This document shows, one piece after another, positions 15,569 to 28,672 of a stretch of DNA of 64,000 nt. The DNA lies in the NCBI GenBank assembly GCA_012295275.1, contig CM022670.1, positions 24,676,001-24,740,000 on the forward strand. The letters are read 5' to 3'. The translations under genes were made by a program, and so were the position numbers. The notes under the pieces are model-generated. The model saw only the letters and a list, made by a program, of their open reading frames with translations. It was not told the DNA's origin and did not search any database. Every line of letters begins with the position of its first letter. Within the stretch, counting starts at the first letter, position 1. The DNA comes from Chrysomallon squamiferum. Lineage: Eukaryota; Animalia; Mollusca.

Positions 15569-16254
15569 CGATAACACCGGATCAGAAAAATACTCATGCA
15601 GCATCAATACCGAGCGTGGGAGAAAATGTCGAGAGTCATTACGGAATCAACAGTCCAGACAGCGTTTCTGAAGAGAGACCGAGTGAAGAATTTTCTCTCA
15701 ACATGCTTAGTGGATCAAGACTTTGTCACAACGACGTCGTCAGTGAATCAGACGTGAATGACAAAATCAGTTCAGAAAAATACAACGAGGAATGCTCTAC
15801 GCCCAAGAAAACACGTAAACGGTGTCATTCAGGAATACCTCCGTCGTATCCCTATTCGCCGCTGAATTCTTTTCCTTCGTTTTCAGTGCCGCAGTTTCCT
15901 GGCTGTCCGTCTGTAGGTTCGCCTCCGTTACATAATCCGTACATGTGTAACGTGTTCCCAAACCATGTTCCTTTCAGTCCTCCTCCTAGCTACGTCAGGC
16001 CGCCGTTGTACATGCTTCCGTTCTTGCAACCGCAGAACTTGTCGTCATTTCCGGATAAAGTGTCATCACCCATTGGAGTGCTCTCCCCTTCGGAAATTCC
16101 CTCTCCTTCCGCCAGCATGAAAGCAGACGAGCCTTCTGTAACGAGTGGGTCGTCAGTATCGGGTCGACTGCCGTATCCAAGAAACGACAACATTGCTTTT
16201 GTGGACAGCAATATTCCACAAACTGCACATTATCTTTCCTCTCCCGTCCCCAAG
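15569..16254 (+). CDS. ovo: ovo-like exon 2 (Pro/Ser-rich region)
   Basis: Acceptor ttttcttccag|CG joins exon 1 as G+CG=Ala in the frame of the 312-aa ORF. Donor AAG|GTACCT, phase 0. Confidence 0.88.
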
Positions 16255-16604
16255 GTACCTTTTTTTTTACAGAATCGTCAAATATGTTGTGTTTCCGTTT
16301 CAATTAATAGTTAACATATAATGACCCGGGCGTACAGTATAATTCTTAATAGGTTACTTAATGATATTTTATGTAAATTATTTTATCGTTATAATTAAAT
16401 TTTAGAAGAAAAAAAATGAAACAACGGAATCAGTCAGAAAGGTTTAAAGATTGGAAACATAATACACCATGCGATAATTATTTTTTAATATGAAACGATA
16501 TAGCTTTTAAAAGAGTTTCTTGTTGTCTTGTGGCTAACAACGATGACTTAACAAGTAATTGTAATAATGAATGTATCCGTTAAGATATTTTCTCTTCGTT
16601 TCAG

Positions 16605-16695
16605 ATTGTGAAAACTTCAATAGAAGTCGTCAACGGCGGATTTGGAATAAGAAATCCACTTTTTGTTTCTGACACAGACAGCTCAACATCAGGAG
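16605..16695 (+). CDS. ovo: ovo-like exon 3 (EVVNGGFGIRNPL motif)
   Basis: Acceptor tttcag|ATT. Reads IVKTSIEVVNGGFGIRNPLFVSDTDSSTSG, matching the conserved Ovo/Svb VNGGxGIKNPL motif before the fingers. Donor G|GTGAGC, phase 1. Absent from the ORF track. Confidence 0.9.
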
Positions 16696-17104
16696 GTGAG
16701 CGTTCTGTGACAATGTTTTTGAAAATAATTACGCAAAGCTGTGGTAATGTTGTTCACATGAATTACAAAGAACTCACTGATTAACAAGAACAGTGTGTTA
16801 GCCTCTGTTCGAGTCATTTATTAATTATATAAAATTAATATACACACTTGTTTTTTTTTCTGATAAACGCAAATCATGATTCCACTTTTTTATTATTATT
16901 ATAGTAGAATACCGATTGTAATGGTAATGACAAAACGACAGTGATGACGATAGTTACGACTTGATGATGACAACTACAATGACACTGATACGTACGGTAA
17001 CGATGACGACTGCGACAACAACGATGATGATGACAAATGAAGTTGTAAATATGCAGATTTACAATAATAAAAAAGCAATAATATCTTTCTTGGTTTTTTT
17101 TCAG

Positions 17105-17299
17105 CAGAGGTGTCACCAGGCTGGCTGCCCAAGGTTACAATGCACACCTGTCCGATCTGCGGCTTCCAGAGTGAAACGGCAAAGATGATGCAGATACATC
17201 TAAAAACGCACAAGGAAATAAAACGATTTCTGTGTTCTTTCTGTGGTAAAGGTTTCAACGACACCTTTGATCTGAAGCGTCACACGAGAACTCACACAG
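17105..17299 (+). CDS. ovo: ovo-like exon 4 (zinc fingers 1-2)
   Basis: NAGNAG acceptor (tcag/cag). Encodes CPICG...HLKTH and FLCSFCGKGFNDTFDLKRHTRTHTG, the diagnostic Ovo finger 2. Donor G|GTAGGT. Confidence 0.95.
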
Positions 17300-17528
17300 G
17301 TAGGTTGTCGTGTGGTTTGTTAGTATAAGAATGAAGAATGGAATGACTTATTTATGGATGGATAGACAGAAGACTGCTTGGACTGAAGGATGGATGAAAG
17401 GATGAATGGATGGATTCATTTTTATTGTTCTTGGTGCTACTTCTGTTATTTCTACCTTCATGCAGTTATCATAAATTCATGTAATCCATTCCATTTCAGT
17501 AAATTTTTATATATTAATCTCACTTCAG

Positions 17529-17824
17529 GTGTACGTCCATACAAATGTGACGTGTGTGGTAAAGGATTTACACAGAGGTGTTCGCTGGAATCTCACTGTA
17601 AGAAGATTCACGGGATGCACTTTGACTTCGCCTTCAACGAACGACGTGGCAAGGTCTATGTGTGCGAGGACTGCGGGCACTCCACTAACGACCCGGAAAT
17701 ACACTACCTGCACCTGCGCACAACTCACCCTAATAACCCCGCCATTATGAAATGTCATGACAGAAGACAGTTTAAGTTTGTTGAGAGTATAGAGACACGA
17801 CTGTCACATCAAATACCGTGTTGA
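17529..17824 (+). CDS. ovo: ovo-like exon 5 (zinc fingers 3-4, stop)
   Basis: Acceptor cttcag|GT. Encodes GVRPYKCDVCGKGFTQRCSLESHCKKIH...ERRGKVYVCEDCGH...HYLHL...DRRQFKF, as in Ovo/Svb. Exons sum to 1392 nt = 463 aa + stop. Confidence 0.95.
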
Positions 17825-18170
17825 CGTCACGAGTGAATAACACACACACGCACACACGCACACTGACACAAAAACGCTCGTATGCACACGCACACTGACA
17901 CAAAAACACGCTCATATGCACACGCACATATTCAAACACAAACACACACACAAAAAATGACTTACTTATAGTTTATATTTGGAACCCTCACCGATTCGAT
18001 ATTTAACAGAGTTACATGCAAAAGATTCAGTTATAATCATTAAAATCGTTTTCTGTATTATTTCGGCCTATTTTTGGATATACAGTTTTTACTGTATGTT
18101 ATAAAGAAAAAAGCAGTTATATTGCACATTTTTTTTCTAACCAGATGACACAGAAGAGAAATGTTGTAAT

Positions 18171-18180
18171 ATTAAATAAA
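18171..18180 (+). terminator. candidate poly(A) signal of ovo (ATTAAA/AATAAA overlap)
   Basis: ATTAAATAAA about 350 nt after the stop, followed by T/GT-rich sequence. Confidence 0.45.
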
Positions 18181-18537
18181 AGCTTCTGTTTGTACTCCTA
18201 AATATATTTGAGAAAACCATTTGCTTTTACTAATTGTACTGATTAAGGTATGTTTCATTTTTAGTTTCATAATACAGGAAAATAACTTTAAAAAAACACA
18301 CATTCTAAATCAGAATTAAACTTTACATATTGTATCATTATGCACGCATTTTCGAAACGAAGTCGCTAAACTGCATTTAATTTTTTTTTTTTTTTTAAAT
18401 GTGTATAGTCTTATTTTATCATAATTTTGTAAATAATATTTATTAAAGATATATTTACTTTTACCATCAAGTTAATCTTCATTGTATTCCTCGTCTTTTT
18501 CTTTTTATTATCATAATCATCATTATCATTATCATTT

Positions 18538-18589
<52 letters not shown>

Positions 18590-19063
18590 CAATGCAATTT
18601 CTAAGATTTTTAAGTATTGTTATATTTTCACATGCACCATTGTTTATAGGTAAAGTTAAACTACCTATTGTATTTGTGGCGATAAACATTCTGAGTATAC
18701 CAGTGTAAATTAAATATGTGAAAGTGCTTTATTTTTATTATTTTAATTTTTTTCATAATTTTCCACAATCTAATTTATTTCATCTGTAATTAATGTATAT
18801 AATTATGCATATAAAATATTGCTCAATGTGGAAATAATGAATGTGTTTATGGAGATGAAACATCTAGTAATTATCAATGTGTGTGTATATATATATATAT
18901 ATATTGTGTGTATGTGTGCCTATACGTGTATGGCTGTCTTTGTGAGTGGGCAACTAAATGTATTTTTTCTGAGAATATAAAACATTTTAGATTAAATTAC
19001 ACTGAAATAGCACAGAGAGAGGAGGAGGGGGAGGGAGGGAGGACGGTAGGGGAGAGAGGAGAG

Positions 19064-19165
<102 letters not shown>

Positions 19166-19316
19166 TTTTATTCAGAGAACTCCAAGTCGAGATATTTCAG
19201 AACAATAAACAGTTATTGTAATCATCAGCGATTATCTATGGACCATATCATTCATTTTGTTGCAATGGATCACATTTAACCTTTGATTTATTTATTTATT
19301 TTATTTTATTTTATTA

Positions 19317-19348
<32 letters not shown>

Positions 19349-19647
19349 GTTAAGTGCTTTAGAAACAACTGTAGAACAATAATTATAAACGAATTTTGTA
19401 TATTGGCGTATTAGTGCAATTATACGAGCTTGGAAGATAACTATTAAAATATCATATACTTTTTATATAAATGAAATAAATTGCCTGTTATCTGTTTTTT
19501 TTTGTTTTTGTTTTTGTTCGTTTATTTGTTGTTATTTTTATTTGTTTCGTTTGTTTGTTATGTTATATTCATTATATATATATATATAAAGACGTTTAGT
19601 GTCAGTGAATAATTATTACACTACTATTACTACTACTAGTAATATGA

Positions 19648-19690
<43 letters not shown>

Positions 19691-20388
19691 TAGTTATTTA
19701 CTTATTTATTTATTTATTTTTTATTTATCATTCATATGTAGATGAACAATCATTTACACACACACACATTGATCATTCATATATATATATATATGAACAC
19801 ATGCAGATACACACACACACATACACACACACACATACACACACACATATATATATATATACACACACATACGTACAAAAAACACACATACAGACAGACA
19901 GACAGACATGCAGACATACAATTTTTTCCAAGGAGAATCGATAAAATGCAGTAAATAATATAGTTATGAGGAAATCTTGTTTTGACTTTTGCAGCGTAGG
20001 TTCCACCAAAAGGTTTTCATTCTTACTTTTACAGAAATACAAAGGGGATACCGTCCTAGTTCGCTATAGATCATTAAACCAGGGGTACATTTATTAAAAC
20101 TTAGTAAATACTTACAAAATTTCATATGGAGTCTTTCTATTAGTTGTATTTTTTAAAACCACATATTTCACAACCATACAGTAAAATTGGTTGTATTTGT
20201 ATGTCAAATAAATCAAGTATACAGTCGATGCAGAGATTATTCCGACGACTTTTAGCTATAACGCCGCACAAAGCTTTCATTGCATTGTTATTTAGTTGTT
20301 TTATAAACAGAAACTGAAGCTGATTTAAATGTTCATCTGCGAACTGAACTCATGGAAATATGTTCTCTCCCTCCATATATATAATATG

Positions 20389-20477
<89 letters not shown>

Positions 20478-21009
20478 TTTAATTTGTCATCGTTATTGTT
20501 TGATTATTCTTGCTGTTATTGTTGTTGTTGTTGTTTTTGTTGTTGTTGTTTTGTTGTTGTTGTTATTATTTTTATTTTTATTATTTATCATCATTATCAA
20601 CACTTATTTACGCGTGTAGGCGAAACTGTCGGTTCAGATTTCGAATGTTCATATACTACTTTGACAGCGCTGTGAAAGTAAAATGAACTAATAATAATAA
20701 AGATAATATGGTGGCAGATACTTGTATATCACAGTAAACAAAAAAACAAAAAAAAAATCTGACACCTCTGCTATAGAAAAACCATGAAATAAGATTGTTA
20801 TTTTTTTCTTCTTTTTCTTGTTGTTCCCAAATCCTCTTCCGAAGATGAACTATAACAAATATTTCGTCTCGGGGGATTATAAAGCCAGTGGGAGTGTATC
20901 GTCCTCGCAGCGGTAGTCCTAAGATTGAAGATTGCATTTTATTGCCAAAAAAAAAAAAAAAAAAAAAAAAGAATAACTGTTCCATTTTTCAGAGCCTCGG
21001 CTCGCTGGC

Positions 21010-21362
21010 ATGTTGATGAAGGTAAGAACGCTTGTTTATAACCTATGGCGCCTATAAAAGATCACTCGAAACGTTGTTAAGAAAAAAAAAAAAAAAAAAA
21101 AAAAAATACCATGTGACATACCCAACAGCTCATCAAAAGAAGATTATCCTTGGATTTATTCGATTTCTGACCCGACAGGTGGTCCTCGTGGGCTCTGTGT
21201 TCGCCTCCTCGGTAAGTCCTGGATCAAAAGATTAACCCATAATATGCAGCAAGACAGCGCATTGTGTTTGATAGTTTATTTTACTCGTAGATCATGTCAT
21301 CCCGATGTATCCCCTTGCAGGTAGTCCTATTCATCTCGCCGTCTGGAGGCTTAACTTGTTAG
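21010..21362 (+). CDS. candidate micro-exon sORF (21010-21021, 21179-21211, 21321-21362) encoding MLMKVVLVGSVFASSVVLFISPSGGLTC*
   Basis: Donors AAG|GTAAGA and TCG|GTAAGT; acceptors ctgacccgacag and ccccttgcag; both junctions phase 0. TATAAAG at 20878 and ATTAAA at 21420. No homologue recognised. Confidence 0.4.
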
Positions 21363-22449
21363 TGTAGCCTTTCCTAAAGATGTTAAAATTTCCAGTGTCG
21401 GGCTGTGGTGATTAACCTCATTAAATACGCGGATTAAGGTGTTATTCAGTAGCGGCAGAGGTGTGGAAAAGTAATAACAAAAATAACAACAAGAACTGAT
21501 GAAAGGACAATTCAGAAAATAAATAAAATAAGCAAAGTTGTTACTGGTATCAGCTTTTGCAATTGTAAACGTATTGGCTGGTGGGCGGTGATGTGGTTAT
21601 GGTTATGATGATGGATAATGATAACGACGACGACGACGATGATGATGTTGATAATAATAATAATAATGGTGTTAATGTTGATAATAATAATAAAGCTGAT
21701 GATTATGTGATGAATTACGTCTGTGACATATTTTTCAAGAAAGTGACATAAAAAGGAATCTCGGTTACCTTTCATATTCTGGGGTTATTTCTGTATATAC
21801 ACACGCATGCATAAATACACACACACACACCCCCACACCCCACACACCCACACACAGACACATAGATATATAAAAAATATAACTATATAGGTGTATATAT
21901 AAAAACAAATTCCGTTTACACTTGCATTACATTATTAACGCCTACATCAGCGAGAGAAAGACCATCTTCAACTGAAATCGTTAGTAAAATTATAATAAAA
22001 AAATTCCATACAGGCGATCTTTTTCACTTACCTATCCATCCCTAGATTCATTCTTTCTTTGAAACTAAGAACCGTGGAACACCTAGTTTCTGCTGTATTT
22101 GATAACGTTTTGTGACAAACCCTTAATTACACTGAAAGGAACTGGTATGATGATACAGAAAACAAACGCTCCGATTACAGAAACATGTGACAGTTCGTGA
22201 TTAATTATACTCTTTAAAATCTCCATTCACTGCAGTATAATGGACAGTTTTTTTTTTCTCTTCGACAGTATGTTATTGTATAATTTAAACATGAATGTAT
22301 TTTGTTCTGATGTTAAGTGTACAGAATGATAGCTTGTTGCAAACTGTGTAGATGAGTATCTTCGTGGTTTGTAAAATTACGAAGACATTGCTTAATAACT
22401 GTTGAGTATAGCATGTTGTACGCGCAAGTAAAATAGAAGTGTGTAATTC

Positions 22450-22504
<55 letters not shown>

Positions 22505-23973
22505 ACACGTACCTACCTAACTATCTGCCTATATACATATACAAACATACTCTCAAGCATACGTATACACAGAAAACATGTACAAACCGTTTCTATTGCA
22601 GAGAGTTCGTTTGAATACCTTTTGGTGTGATAAACAATGTTATGTATATATTCCTTTGTCATTGTAGCTGTATAAATGTTATCTGCACTACTTTTAGACA
22701 CAATACGTTATTTACAAACAGCACATGATTCTTTAAATGCTGTTAACTCACTGAAATATTTTTTTGATGTAACACATAATGCACAGTTCTTGTTTTGAAA
22801 ACATTATGCAGTAGTAACGTGCAGTGATGTTTACGAAGATGTTATCGATGTAATGAAGATGTCACCGCATGTTATTTTCTAGCTAATATTTACCTTAGGT
22901 TAAAATAAAACGTCTCTCTGTTTGCTTATGTTTTTGTATAATCTCAGTACGGGTGGCTGCTGCTATTCACAACAGCGGTTTCATTTCAAGATGAAAAAGG
23001 CATTTTCTATAAATTGTATTTCCTCTCAGTAACAATGTTATATTAGTATGTAATTTAAATTTGACAGTATTTTGTTTTGATTGTCGTACCATGCTGAGCT
23101 GTTTGTGTGAGTACAATGGTACACTGGTCTCAGTGGATTAAAAAGATGACAGATGATGTCTCGTAATGTCGTCACCCAGACTCGGCTGGCCCTAATAAGT
23201 TTTGGTTCGGTTGTTGAGGATGGATTAAAACATTTTCCGAAAAGAAAGTTGTTACAGTATGAGTATCGACAAAACAGCGGAGATCAACTGTTTTTGAAAG
23301 TTCGTGTAGTTACCCATATTTAGAACCCGTTATTGTTCTATTTAGAACCCGTTATTGAGTGGTAACGTGACTTATTTATATTCACTTAAAGTCAGATGTT
23401 AAGACTGTAGACTAACCTCAATAAATGGTTATTTGTAATTTTTTTGTTTTTTAATATTTTAATTTTTATTTATTGATAACACCAGCGATTAGAAAATTCT
23501 GATATCTGTTAGCTGTCAGAATTTTGGTTTGTCATTTAATAGTCATTACTTTTCACTTGTGTTTCCAAGAGACTGCAATTTAAATAATATCAAAGATGAC
23601 TTTACATCTTGCAGTATACTCCAAGCTACGTGTTGCTGTAACAAATTATGACCGAAAATTCACTGCGACACATCATTGTCTGATAACAATAACACGAAGC
23701 AACTAGTTTTAAATTATTCATTATGTTCCTATGAAACGATTTCTTAAGAATATTATTAACCTTCATGTGCCAGACATTCCGGTAATTCGACCATTTGTTT
23801 TCTGTATCGCCATTCTATCTCAATTTAATTAAGATTTCCTTATCGCTATCAAAATAATAACAAAAAGAGAATGACATAGATGTATATAAAGTAATACAAA
23901 ATTTACAATAAAATACCTTCGACTTCGTTTAACTGAAATATCCGCTGAGTTGTACAACAGTACTGCCAATTTT

Positions 23974-24261
<288 letters not shown>

Positions 24262-24752
24262 GCCCTTAATTACGGGTCAGTCATTTTGATAGAAGATAGA
24301 AGATAGAATTTCTAGCTGCCATCATAGAAAAAGCTAAGAACAGCGGGAAATATTCTTCACGACAATAGTCTCTCCTCAATAGCTGAAAATAGTGAAACTG
24401 TAGCTCATCTTTGGCTAACGTTATTGAAACGCGATACAGTACCAAAAACGTTACCTGTATCCAATTCTGACGTTCACAGCAAGCACATGTATTAGACATA
24501 GTGGCCTCATCCTGCGCTTAATAATAACTAAAATGACACTGCGGTGGCTGTCATTAGAAACTGTTAGTAACGGAATAAATATACGCTTCTAAAGCAAGGA
24601 CACCTCATTAATTATTTATCCAGCATATCCACAAGTGCTTTGACGACAGCGCTACCCGGGTGTGTTTACTCAGTAAATAACACACCCACTGTCACATTTA
24701 CACGTCAGCTATAAACAGATTTAATTTTTTTTTTTTTTTTTTGAATATTAAA

Positions 24753-24828
<76 letters not shown>

Positions 24829-25146
24829 GCTGCTGTTGCTGTTGTTCTTCTTCTTCTTATTATTATTATTATATCGGCTTTGATCAGATATTGAATACTC
24901 GATGATAGGAACAAATAAAATCTGTAACAAGATATGATCTAAATTCATTACTTATAAATTTGGATTTAGATCACTTTGGTTCGCAACGGTAAATTTAGAT
25001 ATAAAAATGATAGGTATGTTGATCATTTAAGACCAGCCAGTGCTGAAGTCAAAATGACTAAGACTTGTGTATAGCAGTCACACTCTCTACAACAAACTCT
25101 CTAACATAGTTTAGACTCTCTCTCTTTCCTTCTCTCTCTTTCTATC

Positions 25147-25287
<141 letters not shown>

Positions 25288-25879
25288 TGTTTTCTCATTC
25301 CGTGCTCACGTTTCCTCGCTGTCTTTTTCTCCTTCTCTCTATCATTTTTGTCCCTCTCTAAATCAATTAGTAGCCACGTCATGCAGTATTATGAATTACA
25401 TTCCAAAGTGCAATTGGTATTCTTACGGTTACAATTAGTCTTTATCTCCGTCTGCAAACCTTTCTATAGAGCTGTTTCCATGCTCGCAATATGAAACCTT
25501 TTTTTTATACAATTTACGCGAGTAATTTGAAGAAGTCTCACTTGTAACATTACACTATCTCGTAACAGGGCATAAAAACCATTATAATTTAAATTGACAG
25601 TCGGTTTTCAATTTCAGAATCTCCTTTGTAAATTATCCTTAATGCAGTGATAAAAAATCGTCGTATAACGACATGTTGTCTAACATAATTTTAAACAAGA
25701 ATACCAAACATATTCAAGTAGGTTGAATAGATTAAATATTCAGCCTCCTGATCTCAGAAGTATCGTGGTGGTGTGCGTGTCGAGTTTAATTACATTTATG
25801 TGTATTTATTACCTTGATGATGACGTGGAGAGAGAGAATTTGTTAAATATAATTTCAGTATGTTGTATTACTTAATACA

Positions 25880-26348
25880 ACACTGGATAAGTTACATTTA
25901 AAAGTATGCAGTGTTATATAATAAATATTACATGATGTACTATAAAAAAAAAAAAAAATAATAATAAAAATAAATTTAAAACCTTTTCTTTGTGGCTTCC
26001 AGAATGATGATAGTTAAGTCTAAGGAAGAAAGATATTAAAAATCTCTGCGGGTCACTGTTTCATAAACAAACGTACACGTTACGTTTTGCCTTACTTAAT
26101 GGTCTGAAATTTATTTCTCGTTCTGCCTTGAAACGTTTCGTAACTGACAAACCAGTCATAACGTCCTCAGTAAATACGTGAAGTCAGTACACAATAAAGT
26201 TTGAAAATAAAACGCTCTATAACTTAATCATTTTTTTAAATTTCTTTTTCTTTAGGTATTCAGATCCTGCATAACGACTGTATGATAATATTATAAATAT
26301 AATTTCCCTTTCAGAACCTTGATTCCCTTCTTTGAAACTTGGTCTAGG
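25880..26348 (+). repeat. ~460-bp repeat; inverted copy at 32243-32685
   Basis: gggtcactgtttcataaacaaacgtacacgttacgttttgcc at about 26050 has its exact reverse complement at about 32491-32532. Similarity runs along both copies. Confidence 0.85.
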
Positions 26349-26349
26349 C

Positions 26350-28192
26350 CAGTGATTCCCAACGTGGGGCCTACGCCCCACTGGGGGGCAATTCAATAAT
26401 AATAGGGGGCAATATGAAAAATATAGTAACATCAACATTTTTGTTTTATTTTACCCTATATGGGTAAAAATTATAAATTTATAGGATAAAATTGTAATTA
26501 CAACCTAGCTGAGCATAACAGCTTGTGCAATGTAGTCAAGTGTTCACCCACTAATGTCATCGTGCATCAACTTTTCTGAAAGTAGTTCTTGAAAAAGATG
26601 ACCAAGATCTCAAAAGCATGACGCTCAGTAATAATACTGTTAGTAGCAGGATTTTTGAAATGAGTTGTGATGTAGAAGTACAACTTGTTGAAAAATTAAA
26701 ATATACAAATTTTTCAATACAGTTGGACGAATCAACTGTAAGAGATAGTGAAGCTCTGTTAATGGCCTATGTAAGATAATGTTGATAATGGAGAATTTAT
26801 TGAGGATATGCTATTTTGCGAAGCATTAGAAACCACCACTATTGCAATTGATATGTATAAGAAATTAAGAACATATTTAGATGATAAGCAGATACCAATG
26901 GATAACATTATATCTTGTGCTGCAGACGGTGCTCCAGTGATGATGGGCAAGAAAAATTGAGTTTTAAAATTATTGAAAGACGACAATCCCCAAATGTTGT
27001 TAGTGCATTGTGTTATTCATAGACAGAATTTAGTTTCCAAAAAAGTTTCCCCTGTTCTAAACGAGACATTGAATACAGTTATAAAATGCATAAACACTAT
27101 AAAATCTAATGCCAAATGTGAGCGTCTTTTCAAAAAAATTTGCAAGGATCAAAATGCAGACTATGTAAGATTATTACTTCATACTGATGTAAGGTGGTTA
27201 TCAAAGGGGAATGGCCTGAAAAGATTCATGGAATTATTTGATATTCTTAGTGAGTTCTTGGATGACAAACCTTATATGACTCTGTTACTGACAGTTGATG
27301 GTAAAGCACTTGTCAGTTATTTAGCAGATATATTTGAAAAACTCAGTGTCTTAAATAAGGAGCTCCAAGGAAAAATATGACTCTTGTTAATTCAAAGGCT
27401 AAGATAGTTGGCTTTATATCATTTCTGGAATTATCCCAAGTAAATATTACTGTCCAAAAATTTGAACAATTTTATTGGCTGAATAAATGTGAGGTAACAT
27501 GTCTTGTTATTGTGGAGCACTTAAAAATAATGGTAAGCGATTTCAACTTCAGATTTTCTGATTTGAAAGAAATTAATTATCCATCTTGGATGACTCAGCC
27601 ATTGCTAGTGGATCTGTCAGATGTAACCATGGAGTATCAAGGAGAACTTTCGGAATTACAAAATGATAACTCGATTAAAGCCCTGATAAAATAAAAGGAA
27701 CAATGATGTGACTCTGTGAAGAAACACAAGCTAAATATCCAAATACAAGTAGTTTGGCAAGAAAACTACTGTTACCATTCCCATCGTCATACTTACTGGA
27801 ATGTGGATTTAGTGCTGTGAATGACTTATTACTGAAGAAAAGAAACCGACTGGATATCACTAAACGAGGCGACTTGAGATTGAAATTAACAAAATTTCTG
27901 CCTCGGTTAAAATCTCTTTGCAGTAGACATCAGGCTCAAGGGTCTCATTAATTGATTGTAATTGAATTTATTTAATCTCATGGTAGATATGTTATACACA
28001 TTATAAAGTGGATTTTATTTGATTAAATTGGAAGTTAAACCCTTTAGTTTTATTTGAAAGATACAATTTTTTATGTTATACTTCTTCAAAACTGATATTG
28101 TTATATCATACTAAACAATTAACGGGTGGGGGACATGAAGAAATTTGTGATAAAAATATGGGGCATGGTACTAAAATGGTTGGGAACCACTG
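26350..28192 (+). mobile_element. hAT transposon, Buster/Charlie (ZBED5/ZBED8/SCAND3-like) family, internally deleted
   Basis: TIRs CAGTGATTCCCAAC and GTTGGGAACCACTG (13/14 match). Perfect 8-bp TSD GTCTAGGC at 26342-26349 and 28193-28200, with the central TA typical of Buster targets. Confidence 0.95.
26600..27951 (+). pseudogene. degenerate hAT transposase (stops and frameshifts; N-terminus missing)
   Basis: Motifs FSIQLDEST, DGAPVMMG, HCVIHRQNL, LLLHTDVRWLSKG, LLPFPSSYLLECGFS and C-terminal HQAQGSH, split across several frames. Confidence 0.92.
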
Positions 28193-28207
28193 GTCTAGGC
28201 CCGAGGT

Positions 28208-28672
28208 CAGGGCTGCGCAGACTTTTTGATCTTGCAGGCCGCAACGCTTTAACCTTACTGGCACTACAGCCGCAAAAATTCCATTGTTCATAAACTCCTA
28301 AAGCGCAACATTTACGATTCTGCATACTTTTCTAACAATGAACCTCTGCGACTTAAAATGCTGCATGTAAATAATGGGTGCGTTTACATGTTTCCGTGAT
28401 AATTGACTTCATTCCTCCATGGTTAAGATTAAAGTCAAATTAAAATGTTATTAATGTATATTATTTATTAATTTAATTAAATAACAACTTTAAATCTGTC
28501 GGATCTAAAAATGAATACTGGACGCGTTGTTGTGTACGGCATCTGACAGTCATGGGATTTTTCATTGTGTGTGAGTGTTTATACTGACACAGAACCTCGC
28601 GTTATATTTCAAATGAGACGTCAGATGTGATGAGGCGACATCCTTCCCACGCCCGCAGGGTTTGCACCCCCG
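28208..28672. mobile_element. possible old Charlie-type hAT MITE
   Basis: Starts CAGGGCTGCGCAGACTTTTTG...GGCCGCA and ends GCCCGCAGGGTTTGCACCCCCG, resembling hAT MITE termini. No clean TSD. Confidence 0.35.
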
